Origin: Octopus vulgaris
Lineage: Eukaryota
DNA length: 64,000 bases
Assembly (NCBI GenBank): GCA_951406725.2
Contig: OX597833.1
Location: 8,494,001 to 8,558,000 of the forward strand
Direction of reading: 5' to 3'
Shown: positions 11,903-25,300 of the stretch, one piece after another
Layout of the letters: each line of letters starts with the position of its first letter
Numbering within the stretch: position 1 is the stretch's first letter
Program-made: the position numbers and the translations under genes
The notes under the pieces: model-generated
What the model saw: only the letters and a program-made list of their open reading frames with translations
Databases searched by the model: none
Told to the model about the DNA's origin: nothing

Positions 11903-13764
11903 GGCACCAAAAATAAAAGCACGACCAACACTGACCGGAAGAGAGAAATACTGGGGTCTTTTCGAAAACCCATACATATATACACTCACCACAATATAGA
12001 TGACGGATATACACACACATAAAAGATGACGAATGCACACTTGTCTCTTTTATACACACACAGATGACGGATAGACTTGTATCACACACACAGACTCACA
12101 CATATTAACATTTAAGCTGGTATACATACAATTTCAATGGTCGGATTTATAGGCTGAAATAATTGGAAATTTGCGAGCGACATGTGTGTTATAGGCAAAG
12201 GACCCGAGACCGAAGCGGTTCCAACCGGGAATCGAAACTAAACCAGACACGCTTCACCGACGTCAAACTACCTCGGTATTACAACACCAGCCATCAATAC
12301 GTAGAGACGTGTGTGTGTAGATAAAAGAGAAATAACATTTCTTATTTGGGCATGGAGCGATTAGATCTTGCAAAGAAGGACGGAAGACGAGATGTTGTGA
12401 AGTATATGCTTCACCCAACAACAAGGGCAGAGTCAAGGTAATGGAATAATTGAAGCAAGGCGATACTTACAGAAGAAAATGCTCTGTCACAGGAGGACAG
12501 GGTGACAGAGTAATCCAAAATGTATCAGAGGAGAGAGAGAGAGAGATAAATGGCTGGAGCAGCAGAAGACTCACTATACACCACTAACCACCACCACATT
12601 TACTAACATAGTCACTTACTCTCTCTCTCTCTCTCTCCCTCCCTCTCAGGATATCGCTCAGTGACTGATTGTCTGTGTAGCTCAGAGGTTAACATACAGG
12701 ATTGGATGTTTGTCTACGGTTTGAGTTCAAACCACGCCGGGATCGACAAATCGTTTTACATCCAACCGAGGGCAGCTCTACCAACAAATAAATATACCAG
12801 AGATGTTCTAAAACGACTGCATTCCTTAATCTGACAATATTTTAGCCCGTGTGGGTTTCTTTTCAAATAAATTAATACCTGATTAAAAATAATTATGTAG
12901 CGACGAGAAAATGTCAGCACACCTTGTATTAATATTTATTGTAAACATTAAGGCCAACACTTTTCTGAGGGGGCAAGTTTCGCCTTTATAAAACCTCTTC
13001 ATTGAACCGAGACTTCTCTGGAGTTACGAAAGGCGATGAAAGTATCGCAAACATAATATTGTAGACGATTGTAGGCGTCGAAAGCCTATTTCAAACGGAA
13101 AGGTGTAATTAAGTGAAGACTTGTTTAATCCCAGGACAAGGACACCTATAATCAAAACGCACAGCAGTCGTTTATTCAACGTATCTTTCGTCTTTTTTAA
13201 GGCGTTGTCGCGTGAATTAAGAGGTGGGGGCGAGATTCCTGACATTTGGCTGCTACGTGTAGCAGGTCAAACGACTCCGTAGAGGTTCGCGTTGAACGTT
13301 GTCTTCGCCGCAACGGCATAACCGTATTTTCATTTTTGACTGTTTAGTGAGGGAGAGGGGGGTAGCACCCAGGAGACATGTTTCAGGCCTTTGAGATTAA
13401 TGGGAGGAAGGGAGGAAGCTAGCCTCAAACCAGAGCCCTAACATGAATGCTAGCAGCAGAACAGACCTCGATTAAGACACCCAGCGACCAGGTGGGAGTG
13501 TTAAATAGGATGGCCTATTTGCGTCTACTCCCTCAAGAACTTGCAATACAAATGGCTGGAACAAAGTCTGCAAGGCGACTCATTTAACACTTCAACAATT
13601 CTGCTTGGACTGGTGTTTTATTTTAACATCTCAGAAAAGGTGAAAGATAAGGTTGACCTCAGCAGAATTTGAACTCAAAACTGCACAAGAGCTGGAATAC
13701 AATTCTTCAAATTACTTTAGTCTATGCTCTAATGAGTCTGCGCATTCTGTCATATAGCTATCAA

Positions 13765-14312
13765 TACTTAAGTACCATGTTATGGTACAGCTACCTTAAC
13801 TAGGTGTTGTGTTGTAGTACAGATGGGTAGCCACATTTGGTACAGTCAGCTGTAATTGGGTACCCTGGTTTGGTACAGCTGACTGTAACTAGGTACCTAG
13901 CTGCAACTATGTACTATGTAATGGTACTACTACATGCTACTAGATACTTTATTTGGTACAGCTAGCTGCAACGAGGTACCCTGTGGAACATCGAAATACT
14001 ATGTAATAGTACAGATAGCTAGGTACTTGGCTGTGGTATAACTATGTACAACTAGTACTGTGTTGTGGTACTTTGTGGTACGTGTTGCTTCAACAAGGTG
14101 ATTGTAGTACAGATAGTTTAGCTAGGTACCTTCTGATACAGCTAGCTGCAACTGGGTACCTTGTTGTCATGCAGTTAGCTACAACTAGGTACTGTGTTTT
14201 GGTATAGCTAACTGTAATTGGGTACCCTGTGGTACATCTAACTGCAACTGGGTATCCTGTGGTACATTTAACTACAAACAGATATTGTGTTGTGGAACAA
14301 TTATCTGCAATC
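13765..14312. repeat. degenerate minisatellite, ~30-33 bp unit (GGTACAGCTAGCTGCAACTAGGTAC...)
   Basis: Roughly 15 diverged tandem units. Confidence 0.8.
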
Positions 14313-15087
14313 TAGCACTGGATCAACCAATAAGCAAATTAAACATGTGTTGAAGGGAAGGGTACCACAGAAATGAGAAATGGTTTACAGCACAAAAGAA
14401 ATCACTTTGTGTCCCTTTCCAAATGCAGACATTACCTTTTGTAGATTTCTAACATTAACAGTCACAAATTGCTCAGCTGAGCTTTGATTTTCTCAGTTGA
14501 AATGTATTAAAACTGCCATTAAAACCACAAAGCAACAAAAAGGCAAGTCGGACGCCTTGTCTCTTACAAAGTATGGTTGCGGATATGTTACGCAAGACTA
14601 ATTTTGAGGATTTGATCAGACTTTGCAATTAAAAAAACCTTGGATTAAACTTTCTAAATATAAATAAAGTGGAAGTATATGAAAATTATTTTACAATTTT
14701 CTGTGAGTTTTGCTTCTTTTTTGGAGAATAAAAATTTATTTTAAGGCTTATTATTTGTTTGTATTTGGAGTTACATATATATGTTTCTTTATTACCCACA
14801 AGGGGCTAAACATAGAGGGGACAAACAAGGACAGACATAGGTATTAAGTCGGTTACATCGACACCAGTGCGTAACTGGTACTTAATTTATCGACCCTGAA
14901 AGGATGAAAGGTAAAGTCGACCTCGGCGGAATTTGAACTCAGAACGTAACGGCAGACGAAATACGGCTACGCATTTCGCCCGGCGTGCTAACGCTTCTGC
15001 CAGCTCACCACCTAGAATTACACATATATATGGACAGCAAAACCTTTTTAAGTGCTTAGGGCCTCAATGGGTTTTAATCCGGCCCTG
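14312..15087 (+). mobile_element. non-autonomous hAT transposon relic carrying the C-terminal dimerisation domain, interrupted by a SINE
   Basis: From 14416: FPNADITFCRFLTLTVTNCSAEL*FSQLKCIKTAIKTT, matching the hAT dimerisation motif (FPN..L.LPVT.CSAERSFS.LK.IK). Right end ...ttaatccggccctg is a hAT-type TIR; the left end is degenerate. Confidence 0.75.
14783..15013 (-). mobile_element. tRNA-derived SINE family A (young copy)
   Basis: Head gagctggcagaa.cgttagcacgccgggcg, B-box gagttcaaattcc, central cctttcatcctttc.gggtcgataaattaagtaccag. Close copies at 18195-18426(-) and 47585-47793(-); older copies at 39130-39320(-), 39345-39515(+), 47350-47500(-), 58345-58525(+), 60125-60320(-) and 63790-64000(+). 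Confidence 0.85.
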
Positions 15088-15453
15088 ATATTATCATATA
15101 CACTGCTCTGAAACAAGGTACTTGAAAGCAAAATATATAATTGACATAGATAGTGAGCTACCTTTTATGTAATTGCAGTTTGATTATGAAAGTAGAGCAA
15201 AGTGGAACTTAGACACATCACACAGCACAACATTAAGATGGGAACACATTTATCTATTAATTATATTAGTAAGACTGGGGTCAATTGTTAGTTTAGACAT
15301 TGTTCATAGAGCACTAGATCTGGATTTACAGATACATGGATGGATCTCAGACACCTAAAAAACCAGTGAGAGAGAGAGACATGCAAAATAAGATGTTTAG
15401 GTTATGAGTGAAGTTACTGCTGGTTTGTCACATGGTTACATGACTGACTAGAC

Positions 15454-15654
15454 CAGTGGTTTTCAACCAGGGTTCCGCCAGTACAGTCCAGGGGTTCCGC
15501 AAGAAGTTACAAAACTGCTAAAATCAGCAGTAATTTTTAAGTCTCCTGTGCAGATATGTGTGCATAAGACAATTAAATTATTGCACAGGGGTTCCCCGAG
15601 CCAGTGGAATGTTTCCTTGAGGTTCCGCTCCAGCAAAAAGTTTGAAAAGCACTG
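15454..15654. mobile_element. hAT (Charlie-like) MITE, 201 bp
   Basis: TIRs CAGTGGTTTTCAA / TTGAAAAGCACTG and a perfect 8-bp TSD GACTAGAC (15446-15453 and 15655-15662). Confidence 0.92.
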
Positions 15655-15956
15655 GACTAGACTATCAGATATTGTTACACATCGCCAGTCACAATGCGCT
15701 TTGCAGTGTTTCAGCCTTCAAGTGACACTAGGCTGCTAGTTAGGCAAGCAGGCCAACATTCCTCCCTGATTGAAAGGGGGACTGGAGCAATGTGAAATGA
15801 AGTGTCTTGCTTGAGAACAATGTGCTGCCTGGTATGGGAATTGAACCCACAATCTAGCAATCATAAGTGCAACAGCCTAACTACTAGGTCACATGCCTTC
15901 ACATATATACGTATAAATATATATATGTGTGTGTGTGTGTATAATATACATATATG

Positions 15957-16322
15957 GGAAGCACTCCGTCGGTTACGACGACGAGGGTTCCGGTTGATCC
16001 GATCAACGGAACAGCCTGCTCGTGAAATTAACGTGTAAGTGGCTGAGCACTCCACAGACACGTGCACCCTTAACGTAGTTCTCGGGATATTCAGCATGAC
16101 ACAGAGAGTGACAAGGCCGGCCCCTTTGAAATACAGGTACAACAGAAACAGGAAGAAAGAGTGAGAGAAAGTTGTGGTGAAAGAGTACAGCAGGGGTCAC
16201 CACCATCCCCTGCCGGAGCCTCGTGGAGCTTTAGGTGTTTTCGCTCAATAAACACTCACAACGCCCGGTCTGGGAATCGAAACCGTGAGTCCGCTGCCCT
16301 AACCACTGGGCCATTGTGATCC
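15957..16322 (-). mobile_element. tRNA-derived SINE family C
   Basis: A-box tggcccagtgg and B-box gtttcgattccc; nearly identical to 59480-59847(+). Confidence 0.85.
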
Positions 16323-16364
16323 ACAATATATATATATATATATATATAGGTATATGTATATACC

Positions 16365-16635
16365 AGCTGTGTGATAAAAAGTTTGCTTCCCAACCACATG
16401 GTTCTGAGTTCAGTCACAGTGCGTGGCACCTTGGGCAGGTGTCTTTGCTTGTCCCCCACCATTGCTTGACAACTGGTGTTGGCATGGTGACATTACCATA
16501 ACTTAGCAGTTCAACAAAAGAGACCAACAGAATAAGGACCAAGCATTAAAAGTCCTGGGGTCAATTCATTCAATTAAAATTCCTCAAAGCACTGCCTCAG
16601 CATGGCCATATTCTTATGAATGAAGCAAGTAAAAG
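16365..16635 (+). mobile_element. CORE-type SINE family D (degenerate copy)
   Basis: tRNA-like head, CORE-like ggcaccttgggca.gtgtct and family tail. Other copies at 7160-7280, 17686-17850(-), 39852-40055(-), 40365-40775(-), 45870-46015(-), 55770-55915, 56030-56210, 58990-59170(-) and 61010-61140(-). Confidence 0.7.
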
Positions 16636-16864
16636 ATACATATAATCATTGTTTAACGTCCATTTTTCCATGCTGGCATGGGTTGGACGGTTTGACTGAA
16701 GTCTGGAGAGCCAGTGGCTGCACCAGGCTCCAATCTGATCTGGCAAAGTTTCTACAGCTGGATGCCCTTCCTAACACCAACCACTCTGAGAGTGTAGTGG
16801 GTGCTTTTACATGCCACCGGCATATATATATGTATATATATATATACACACACATATGAAGCAT

Positions 16865-17595
16865 CATATGTCTATATGATGTATGGTGGCTCTACCAACA
16901 CGGACAACAACTCTACCAAGACTCCTATGGTTGTTAACGCTCTACGATGTTCCAATGACAAGCATGGAAATGGTGGAGAGGAAGGTAAATGCCTCCGAAG
17001 ATGGCCAGGTATTCCCCCAAGCCTCACTTGAATAGGCCAAGATAAGGACAGTTACAATTTCCCCTGTCATCTGTGGTGGAGGAATTTAAAGTAGCAAAAG
17101 GTAATGTAATGATGTAGAGAGACTCTAAGGATGAGCTTATCAGACATGCAGGTATGACCACAAGGTGTGGGCGAAAGTGGGTAGCTAGCACTCAGGCTGA
17201 AGGGATGCTTGAGCTATGCGACATCACTGGAGCAAGGGTCACTAGGGTCTTGGGTCTTCCTGTTTCCAACAATGGAAGAAAGCAGACACCAGGGAGAGGT
17301 GGGCCATGGCCCAGGAAGTGTTGTGGTCCCAGGAGGAGGATAAAAGGAAATCAAGAGTTGTGGAGTTGGTATCTGAGGGTGCATCGACTGACCTGTGGAG
17401 GCTGGAACCTTTTCACTTCTTCCGGCTGTGGGTGGTGTATGACACATTCCCAACACCAACAAACTTGCACAGATGGGGTTTGAGGGAAGACCAGCTGTGT
17501 AGACTTTGTAGAGAAAGGGGCACTCTGGCACACATCTTGGCAGGGTGCAGAATAACACTTTCTCAAGGCAGATAATCTTTCTCAAGGCAGATAAT
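16865..17595 (+). mobile_element. HERO/R2-superfamily (RLE-type) non-LTR retrotransposon remnant
   Basis: YDTFPTPTNLHRWGLREDQLCRLCRERGTLAHILAGCRITLSQGR is the CCHC knuckle region typical of HERO-clade elements. Upstream: LRRWPGIPPSLT, SSVVEEFKVAK, GRKW. Frameshifted. Confidence 0.75.
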
Positions 17596-18429
17596 GGTGA
17601 ACGCTACATGTATGATGGTGACACACATTTACAGCTACCATGTGATGTCAAGAGAAGGAGACAGTAATACACACACACATATACATGATGGGTTTCTTTC
17701 TGTTTCCGTCAACCAAATCCACTCTCAAGGTTTTAGTTGGTCTGAGGCTATAGTAGAAGACACTTACCTAAGGTGCCATGCAGTGGGATTGAACCCACAA
17801 CTATGTGGTTGGGAAGCAAACTTCTTACAACATAGCCATATATGCACCTGAATCTCTCTCTCTCTCTCTACACGTCATTGGCTCCTCCTAGTTTCTGAAT
17901 ATTTCTTTGTCTGTGCCGTTGATGGCTGGCAAGACTGATTTTTATGTGGAACAATTGTCCACAGAGGTCATATCTGGAGGTTAGCAGAGGCCTTGGTTAG
18001 AATTCGCAGGTCTTTCATCACAATTGTTTAACTTCTTCATTTATTCAATGTTCTTCAAAATGTCCAGCACCAACCTCAATGGATGTCACACCACGTTTTT
18101 CTTTCTTCTACTCCCAGAATTTAGGGCAAAGACCATAGCCCTTCGTTGTCTGTTTCACTTGAGCTTTGTAGCATTACACAAGGCAGCTGTATGATCTCTT
18201 TATATTTTTTTATTGCCCAAAGGGGGCTAAACATAGAGGGGACAAACAAGGGCAAAGGGATTAAGTTGATTACATCGACCTCAGTGCATAACTGGTACTT
18301 ATTTAATCAGCCCCGAAAGGATGAAAGGCAAAGTCAACCTTGGCGGAATTTGAACTCAGAATATAACAACAGATGAAATACCGCTAAGCATTTTGCCCGG
18401 TGTGCTAACGATTCCGCTAGCTCACCGAT

Positions 18430-18780
18430 CTCTTACCAATCCTGAGTTCCTTCGGCACTGGCAAGAGGACATGGAGTAGCAGTCCGGTACTATTCCTGTG
18501 GTGGACATGGCTTTCAATTCTGAGGCAATGTTTGATGATGATGATGATAACCTCCATGCTGTTGGCATTGGCCTCTTCAAAGATTGCAATGTTGTTGCCG
18601 TTGTCATCCCATTTGATGCTCATAACTGATCACAAAGTGTCCCGGTGGAACAAGGTCCACATCCCACAGCCACAGAGCAAAATGGAAACAACCACAACTT
18701 GATATGCCATCAGCTGGCTTCATAATTTCAGGTTCTTATTTCCAAATGGTGGTTCACTGTGCTTGAAAAGAAATGTCAAG
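18430..18780 (-). mobile_element. old RTE (BovB-like) RT C-terminal remnant
   Basis: SIKWDDNGNNIAIFEEANANSMEVIII..CLRIESHVH resembles the I.W.D...N..VL..A...SIE..L....LRW.GHV pattern. Confidence 0.5.
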
Positions 18781-19498
18781 TTAAGCAAAAGCATGGTTGC
18801 CCTTGCACACAGGTTCAATCCCAGCTACCCTCTCCAGATGAGCATCCCTAATCTTGCAGGTGTTAGTGCCACATAAAAAGTATCCAGTCCACCAAGTAAA
18901 GGGGTTGGCATTAGGAAGGGCATCCAGCTGTAGAAACCATTCCACAACAGAGGCAGGGAGCCTGAACAGCCCTTCAGCTGCTGCCAAACCCCGTCCAACC
19001 CATGCCAGCATGGAAAACAGATGGATGATGATGACGAAAGAATTTTCCAAAAGTGACCTGATTCTGAAGTAAGAAAACTGGTCTGCTTGTTCCGGTCCAG
19101 TGGAGCCAGTACCAATGCAGTTCTAAAGACAACCCCTTCCAAAGGAAGTGGCTTTATCCAAATAGTGAGAGATTAGAGTATGACAGAGGGACCAGAACAG
19201 GTGTCCTGTTGAAGGGAAGATACATGGTTACCCCAGATGGGAAAGGGTGAAGATGGTTTAGGGTGTGTGATAGAGGAACAGGGAGGAGGAATCTAAGAGA
19301 AGTGGTTCGGTGGTTGGGGTAGGTGAACTGATGAAAGTGTGGAAGGAGAGTAGCAGATGGGGACAGAGGGAATGCAGGGAGTGATGAACCTGGGTGGAAG
19401 AGGAGTCAATCATGAATAATGAATAAGTATATCTAATCCATACCAGCAAAGGAAAAACAGACGTTAAATGATGATGATGATGATGATAATATATATAG

Positions 19499-20125
19499 AG
19501 GTAGACCCAGGAAGACATGAGATGAGGTGGTCAAGCATGATCTTCGAACGTTGTCTCACAGAGGCAATGACAAAAGACCGAGACCTCTGGAGATACGCTG
19601 TGACTGCGAAGACCCAACAAATAATGTAAGTTCATGGCTGTTTCTTGCACCAGCTTCACATAGCAGCCTCAGCCCATCCAAAGTGCCTTGGATCGCAGGA
19701 TGGCTTGCTGAGCTTACCTTGGATCATAGGGCAACCTGCTGTGCTTGAGGAGACCTATTGAGTCAAGTACATCAACATTCAAAATGAAAAATGTAAACTG
19801 TAGTTGTGATACCTGTGCCGGTGACATGTAAGAAGCAATATCCGAATGTGGCCGATGCCAGCGTGGCCTTGACTGGCTTCTGTGCTGGTGGCATGTAAAA
19901 AGCACCAACCAATTGTGGCCACTACCAGCCTCCCCTGGCACCTGTGCCGGTGGCACGTAAAAAGCACCCACTACACTCACGGAGTGGTTGGCATTAGGAA
20001 GGGCATCCAGCCGTAGAAACACTGTCAGATCAGACTGGAGCCTGGTGCAGCCTCCTGGCTTCCCAGACCCCGGTCGAACCATCCAACCCATGCCAGCATG
20101 GAAAACGGATGTTAAACGATGATGA
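19499..20125 (+). mobile_element. 5'-truncated RTE LINE (ORF end, 3' UTR, (GAT)n tail)
   Basis: RGRPRKT*DEVVKHDLRTL, then the family 3' UTR ggcacgtaaaaagcaccc...ggaagggcatccagc...gttaaacgatgatgat. Shorter 3'-end copies at 270-492, 16645-16821(-), 18855-19035, 21085-21470, 22631-22921(-), 24050-24187, 43165-43448, 44183-44434(-), 57640-57830 and 60830-61010. Confidence 0.85.
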
Positions 20126-22259
20126 TATATGTGTGTGTGTGTGTGTGTTTGTGTCTCCTTGTCTGGACATTTTGTGATCGTTGTAAATCATCAACATCAT
20201 CATCATCCTCCAGAAAGTGCCATTTATTTCAAATCTTCTGTGAAAAACATGTCTGGCCCAGGGGTGAAATATTACTTTGCTTGGAAACAAGTGAGGGTTG
20301 CCAACAGGAAGGGCATCCAGCCATGACAAATCTGCCTCAACAAATTTTGTCTGAACCATGCTAGCATGGAAAAGTGGATGTTAAAAAATGGTGATGATGA
20401 TGATGACGACAACATATAAGTGTGTATATATGTATGTGTATATGTGTATGTGTATGTGTGTATATATTGAGTAATTTCCAGTCTGGGTTTTGCTCCAGTT
20501 ATTTTTCTTTTCCGTCCTTTATGTGGAGATCCTTCACAATGTTTCCATTCCAGTCTTCCATTTCCCTCTTATCTTATTCTCAGCTCATTTTTTCCCCTCA
20601 TTAATACCCTAACCCTATATATACCCTAACCCTATACCCTATATATACCCTAACCCTATATACACATGCTAGAAATACTTTATATATCTTTTATAAGAAA
20701 AATCAGTTAATAGAGTCTCAAATGTTAAGGAAGTTGATCTTACTGAAAATGGAAATAAATAAATTAATATTCAATGTTAATTAATGAAATCAACTTGAAA
20801 CTGGAAAGGAAAAGTTCAGCAGGAACAGCAAAACCCTTTGATATGAAGGGGTCAAGTGGGAACGTTTAAAAGAAATAAAGAAGTGACAGCCAGCAGAAAC
20901 ACTAGATCTGCAACAATTTTAAAACACCCACCATACAGACACAGGGTTAGAGTTGAAAGAATGGAAAAAGCCCTATTATTTTGGATAGAGAATAGGGTAA
21001 CGGTAAAGACCCCTTCGGTCATGAATGGCCATGGAATTGCACCTAGAAAGTACCCCTCTGGGGTACAAGCCTGTATTTAATTACATCAGAATGGAAATCG
21101 ATCAATGGAAATTGCAGATGTGTTACCAGTGCCGGTGGCATGTAAGAGAACCTTCCGTTTCGCGACCGTTGCCAGCACCGCCCTGTTTCGTGTCCGTTAC
21201 CAGCCTCGCCTGGCCCTTGTGCCGGTGGCACATAAAAAGCACCATCCGTTCGTGGCCGTTTGCCAGCTCTGTCTGGCACCTGTGCGGGTGGCACGTAAAA
21301 AGCACCCACTACACTCACGGAGTGGTTGGCGTTAGGAAGGGCATCCAGCCGTAGAAACACTGCCAGATTTGACTGGGCCCGATGAAGCCTTCTGGCTTCA
21401 CAGACCCCAGTAGAACCGTCCAACCCATGCTAGCATGGAAAACGGACGCTAAACGATGATGATGATGATGAAACATAATTGGATTTTTTAAATATCAATT
21501 GGCTATGGGGGTCCACCTGAGTAAAATAGGAATCAAAAGGGTCCATAAGTAAAAGAAAAGGGTTAAGGACCACTGATCTAACCCATGCCGGCATAAAAAA
21601 ATTACCATTAAATGATGATATTGAAGATATATATTGTTGTTGGAAATTCTCGTCACTTTGGCGAATGAGAGTTCAGTTAGACAAAGTGTTCTCAGTTGAA
21701 TGTTTTGCCATTTGGCTCCATGTGGGAATACAAAGCTGCCCCATGTGGGAATACAAAGCTGCCTCATGTGGGAATAAAAAGCTACCCAGGATTTGCAGAT
21801 CTGGTTGCAGACATTGCAAGAGTAGTCTCAGTCATTTAGGGGTAGATAGAACACTGCTCTACCCTGGGTGGTTTCCTCCTTCAGGGTGTAGATCATGGCT
21901 GCCTCAAAGTCAGAGATGCCTTCATAGCAAGAACTTCACCACTGGACTCCATTCAGTGCTTCCACTTCTCAGATCTTCACAATTCTTTTGCAGGTTTTCA
22001 ATCAGGCTAAAAGACTCGCATGCAGAGGATCCTGCTTTATTCCATCTCAAAATATGAGACTCAACGTCTCGCCAGGCAGCAACAATTCCCTGTTGGTGTT
22101 TTGGCCCCTTTAACCACAACTCCAGAACTACCTGCCTCAGGATATCCACTGATGAAGATAATAAGACAACTGGACAAATTTGGTTTCATCACTCATGACC
22201 GATCCCGATATCTCTGTCAACCTTAATGTTCTACCTTATGGAACAAACCTTTTCAATCA

Positions 22260-22580
22260 CCGTCTCTTTTCAGCTAAATATATTGGCTCCCTTTTATCTG
22301 CAGCTTATGACAATGGTGTATCCTTTTCTTTGCAGCTAATCCAAGGGTCCTGAGCAATGAGTGAACCCTGGTTACAACAAATCTTCTGTCACCCACACAA
22401 GAAGACTCAGTTACCTTCCCATCCAGTATTTTTACAAAGTTCATCAAACTCCCTTTTATCTTCAGGCTTTCTCTCAAATGCATCACTGACGTTCACCTCC
22501 CGGGAGACGATCAGCTCCACCGCTTCTTCCACCTTCATTTTCCTTTCATCATTTGATGAGATCTTTTCACTTTAGAAAGG
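22260..22580 (-). mobile_element. HERO-like restriction-like endonuclease (RLE) domain remnant
   Basis: VELIVSREVNVSDAFERK...LCKNTGW...VGDRRFV..RVHSLLRTLGL resembles the ELTVPWE..A.ERK...GW...EVG.RGF motif. Confidence 0.55.
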
Positions 22581-25169
22581 GAGAAAGCAATATTTAGCAT
22601 CAGGGTCAACTGAAAACTGCTATGTTCCCTCATCATCATCATCATTTAGCGTCCGCTTTCCATGCTAGCATGGGTTGGACGGTTCAACTGGGGTCTGGGA
22701 AGCCAGAAGGCTGCACCAGGCCCAGTCTGATCTGGCAGTGTTTCTACAGCTGGATGCCCTTCCTAACGCCAACCACTCCGTGAGTGTAGTGGGTGCTTTT
22801 TACGTGCCACCCGCACAGGTGTCAGACGGAGCTGGCAAATGGCCATGGACGGATGGTGCTTTTTACGTGCCACCGGCACGGGGGCCAGTCGAGGCTGGCA
22901 ACGGCCACGATCGGATGGTGCTTGAATGGATGAATGAATTATCCTTTGTTTACCGTTAACATGGAAAATTTAATAAACAGTTACCAGGGTAGCAAAATTC
23001 ACGCAAGTAACACGGATGAAGCGACCTATTCAAAGGTAGAAACTCCGCGTTACTGTGCAGTAATTTGTGTTAGTCTTCTTCTTTAAACTCTATTCCTCAA
23101 TATTTCTAGTCGCTCACCATTATTAATTCTCTTCAGCCTCTCCTCTGCTACATTATCCACTATTCTTTGTACTCTCGACACTTGATTTTGCTGTCATGTA
23201 TATCTTGTGGACAACTGGAGAATATGTATCTTTCCACATATGCCACAAGCCACTTAGCTCTATTTTCCAACATGGGACTAGGAAGCATGTTGTACATGGA
23301 GTGAACCAAAAAAGGAAAAAAAAAAGATTCTGGTCATCTCCCATGACCAAAGTTCCCTCTGTCCAAGCAACACAAGTCAACTCCATTGAGCCCAGCAACT
23401 TCCTACATCTTCCTCCTTTATCTTGTCAATCACAACATCCCTTTTATTCTAATTCCTGATGCGATATGGTTTAAACTCAGAATTTCTGAGGCCTTCCCTA
23501 TAGATCTAAACGGATCCTACGTTATCTCCAAGAAAGAGATTTTTTTTTTATTCTAGAAGAATTTGTAAGTGCAGAATTAACAAATAATTTGTTGACCGAG
23601 GTCACCAAACGTCACCTGTTGCAATTCTGCTACAAACAACATCATTGCTTGTAGTTGTCTCTCAGTGTAGGTTAAAACACACCTCACCTACATCTGAACA
23701 TCACCAAACTAGATATGATGAGGAAGATAATCATCATTATCATCTTATATTAACCGTTTTCCATGCTGGCATGGGCTGAATGTGTTGTCGAGAGACAAAG
23801 ACAGGCAGAGAGAGGGTCAGAGCAACATTGTAGTAACTATTTTGAGTGAAGTCAAGTGACTGGGATGTCGACAGCACATACGAAAGGGAGTTGAGGATGA
23901 GAGCAGAGAGAAGGTGTTAAGAATGAGGAATGGCCCTTGTAAGATACGGCTCAAGAGAAAGGGAGAGGAATAACTGGTGGCAGGGAGAGAGGGTGATCTG
24001 TGGAAAAGGAAATGGCAAAGGGATGATACTGAGAATGAGGAATAGATGGTTCCAGAGTGGTTGGCATTAGGAAGGGCATCCAGCTGTAGAAACCTTACCA
24101 GATCAGATTGGAGCCTGGTTCAGACTCTTGGCTCAAACTGTCCAACCCATGCCAGCATGGAAAGCGGATGTTTAAACGATGATGATGAACCCAGACTACC
24201 CACCAATCCTTATTTTTTATTTATATTTTTGATCTTAATTTCTTTTCATTACAACCTTGCCACCTGGCAGGTGCCCACGCAAAATAAGCTCTAAAACTCC
24301 AATTAGGAAGTGAAAGCACACACACACACAACAAACGAATTAATTCAAGACTACATCATCATCATCATCATCATAACCATTTAAAGTCCATCTTCCATGT
24401 TGGTAAGAGTTAGAGGGTTCAACATGGTCCAATGAACCAGAAGACTGGGCCAAGCCCCAATGCTTGATTTGGCCTGGTTTCTATGGCTGGAGGCCCTTCC
24501 TAACGCCAACTACATTACAGAATGTCTAATATGCTTTTCTGTGGAATTGGTACTATTCAGGTTGCTCAGTAACTCACAAGAGAAGACCATTTTAACTGAG
24601 AGGATGGAGTGAGTGGAGTGATGAAGGAAGTGGTTTTATGCCAGGTGTTGAGAGGTTTAAATATGACGAAGGGACAGCACTATCATCATCATCATTTTAA
24701 TATCCCCTTTTCTATGGCCACATAGGTTGGACAAAATTTGTTGAGGCAGATTTTCAATGGCTGGATGCCCCTCCTGTCACCATCCCACACCTGTTTCCAG
24801 TCAAGGTAATATTTTCCCAGGACCAGACAGGTTTCCACACAAGACTGGAGGCAAACGACACTGCATGCATGACAGTGACACTCATTTACAGCCATCAAAT
24901 CAATATACAGAATTATAGACAAACATAGATTTATACCTACACACTTTGCATGGTATATAATACCAGCACAATGTCTTTTCCAAGATGTTGCAGGTCAGAT
25001 TTACAGGGTCTTGTCTAAGTGTATTTTGGTTAGCAGCACCCTATTTAAGCCCTACGACCTTGTTATTAGATCCAAAACTGTGACCTCACTAATTCCCTCC
25101 AATTTCTGATTCCTCTACATCCCAAACCTCTCCACTTTATCCCAAACTATCACTTCACCTCACACCTCA

Positions 25170-25300
25170 ACACCTAGCTGTATATACACCCTCTAAGCAC
25201 TTCCTTACACCCCAATACCTAGCTATATATACACCCTCTCAGCTCCTCCTTACATCTCAATACCTAGCTATATACACCCTCTCAGCTCCTCCTTACATCA
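25170..25300. repeat. three tandem copies of a ~43-45 bp unit
   Basis: caatacctagctatatacaccctctcagctcctccttaca repeated. Confidence 0.8.

Noticed and set aside
12210-12292. tRNA-like sequence (also ~12680-12745 and ~33530-33605)
   Set aside because: A B-box is present but I cannot build a cloverleaf; more likely decayed SINE heads.
20605-20660. Telomere-like CCCTAA units
   Set aside because: Only a few interrupted units; not a telomeric array.
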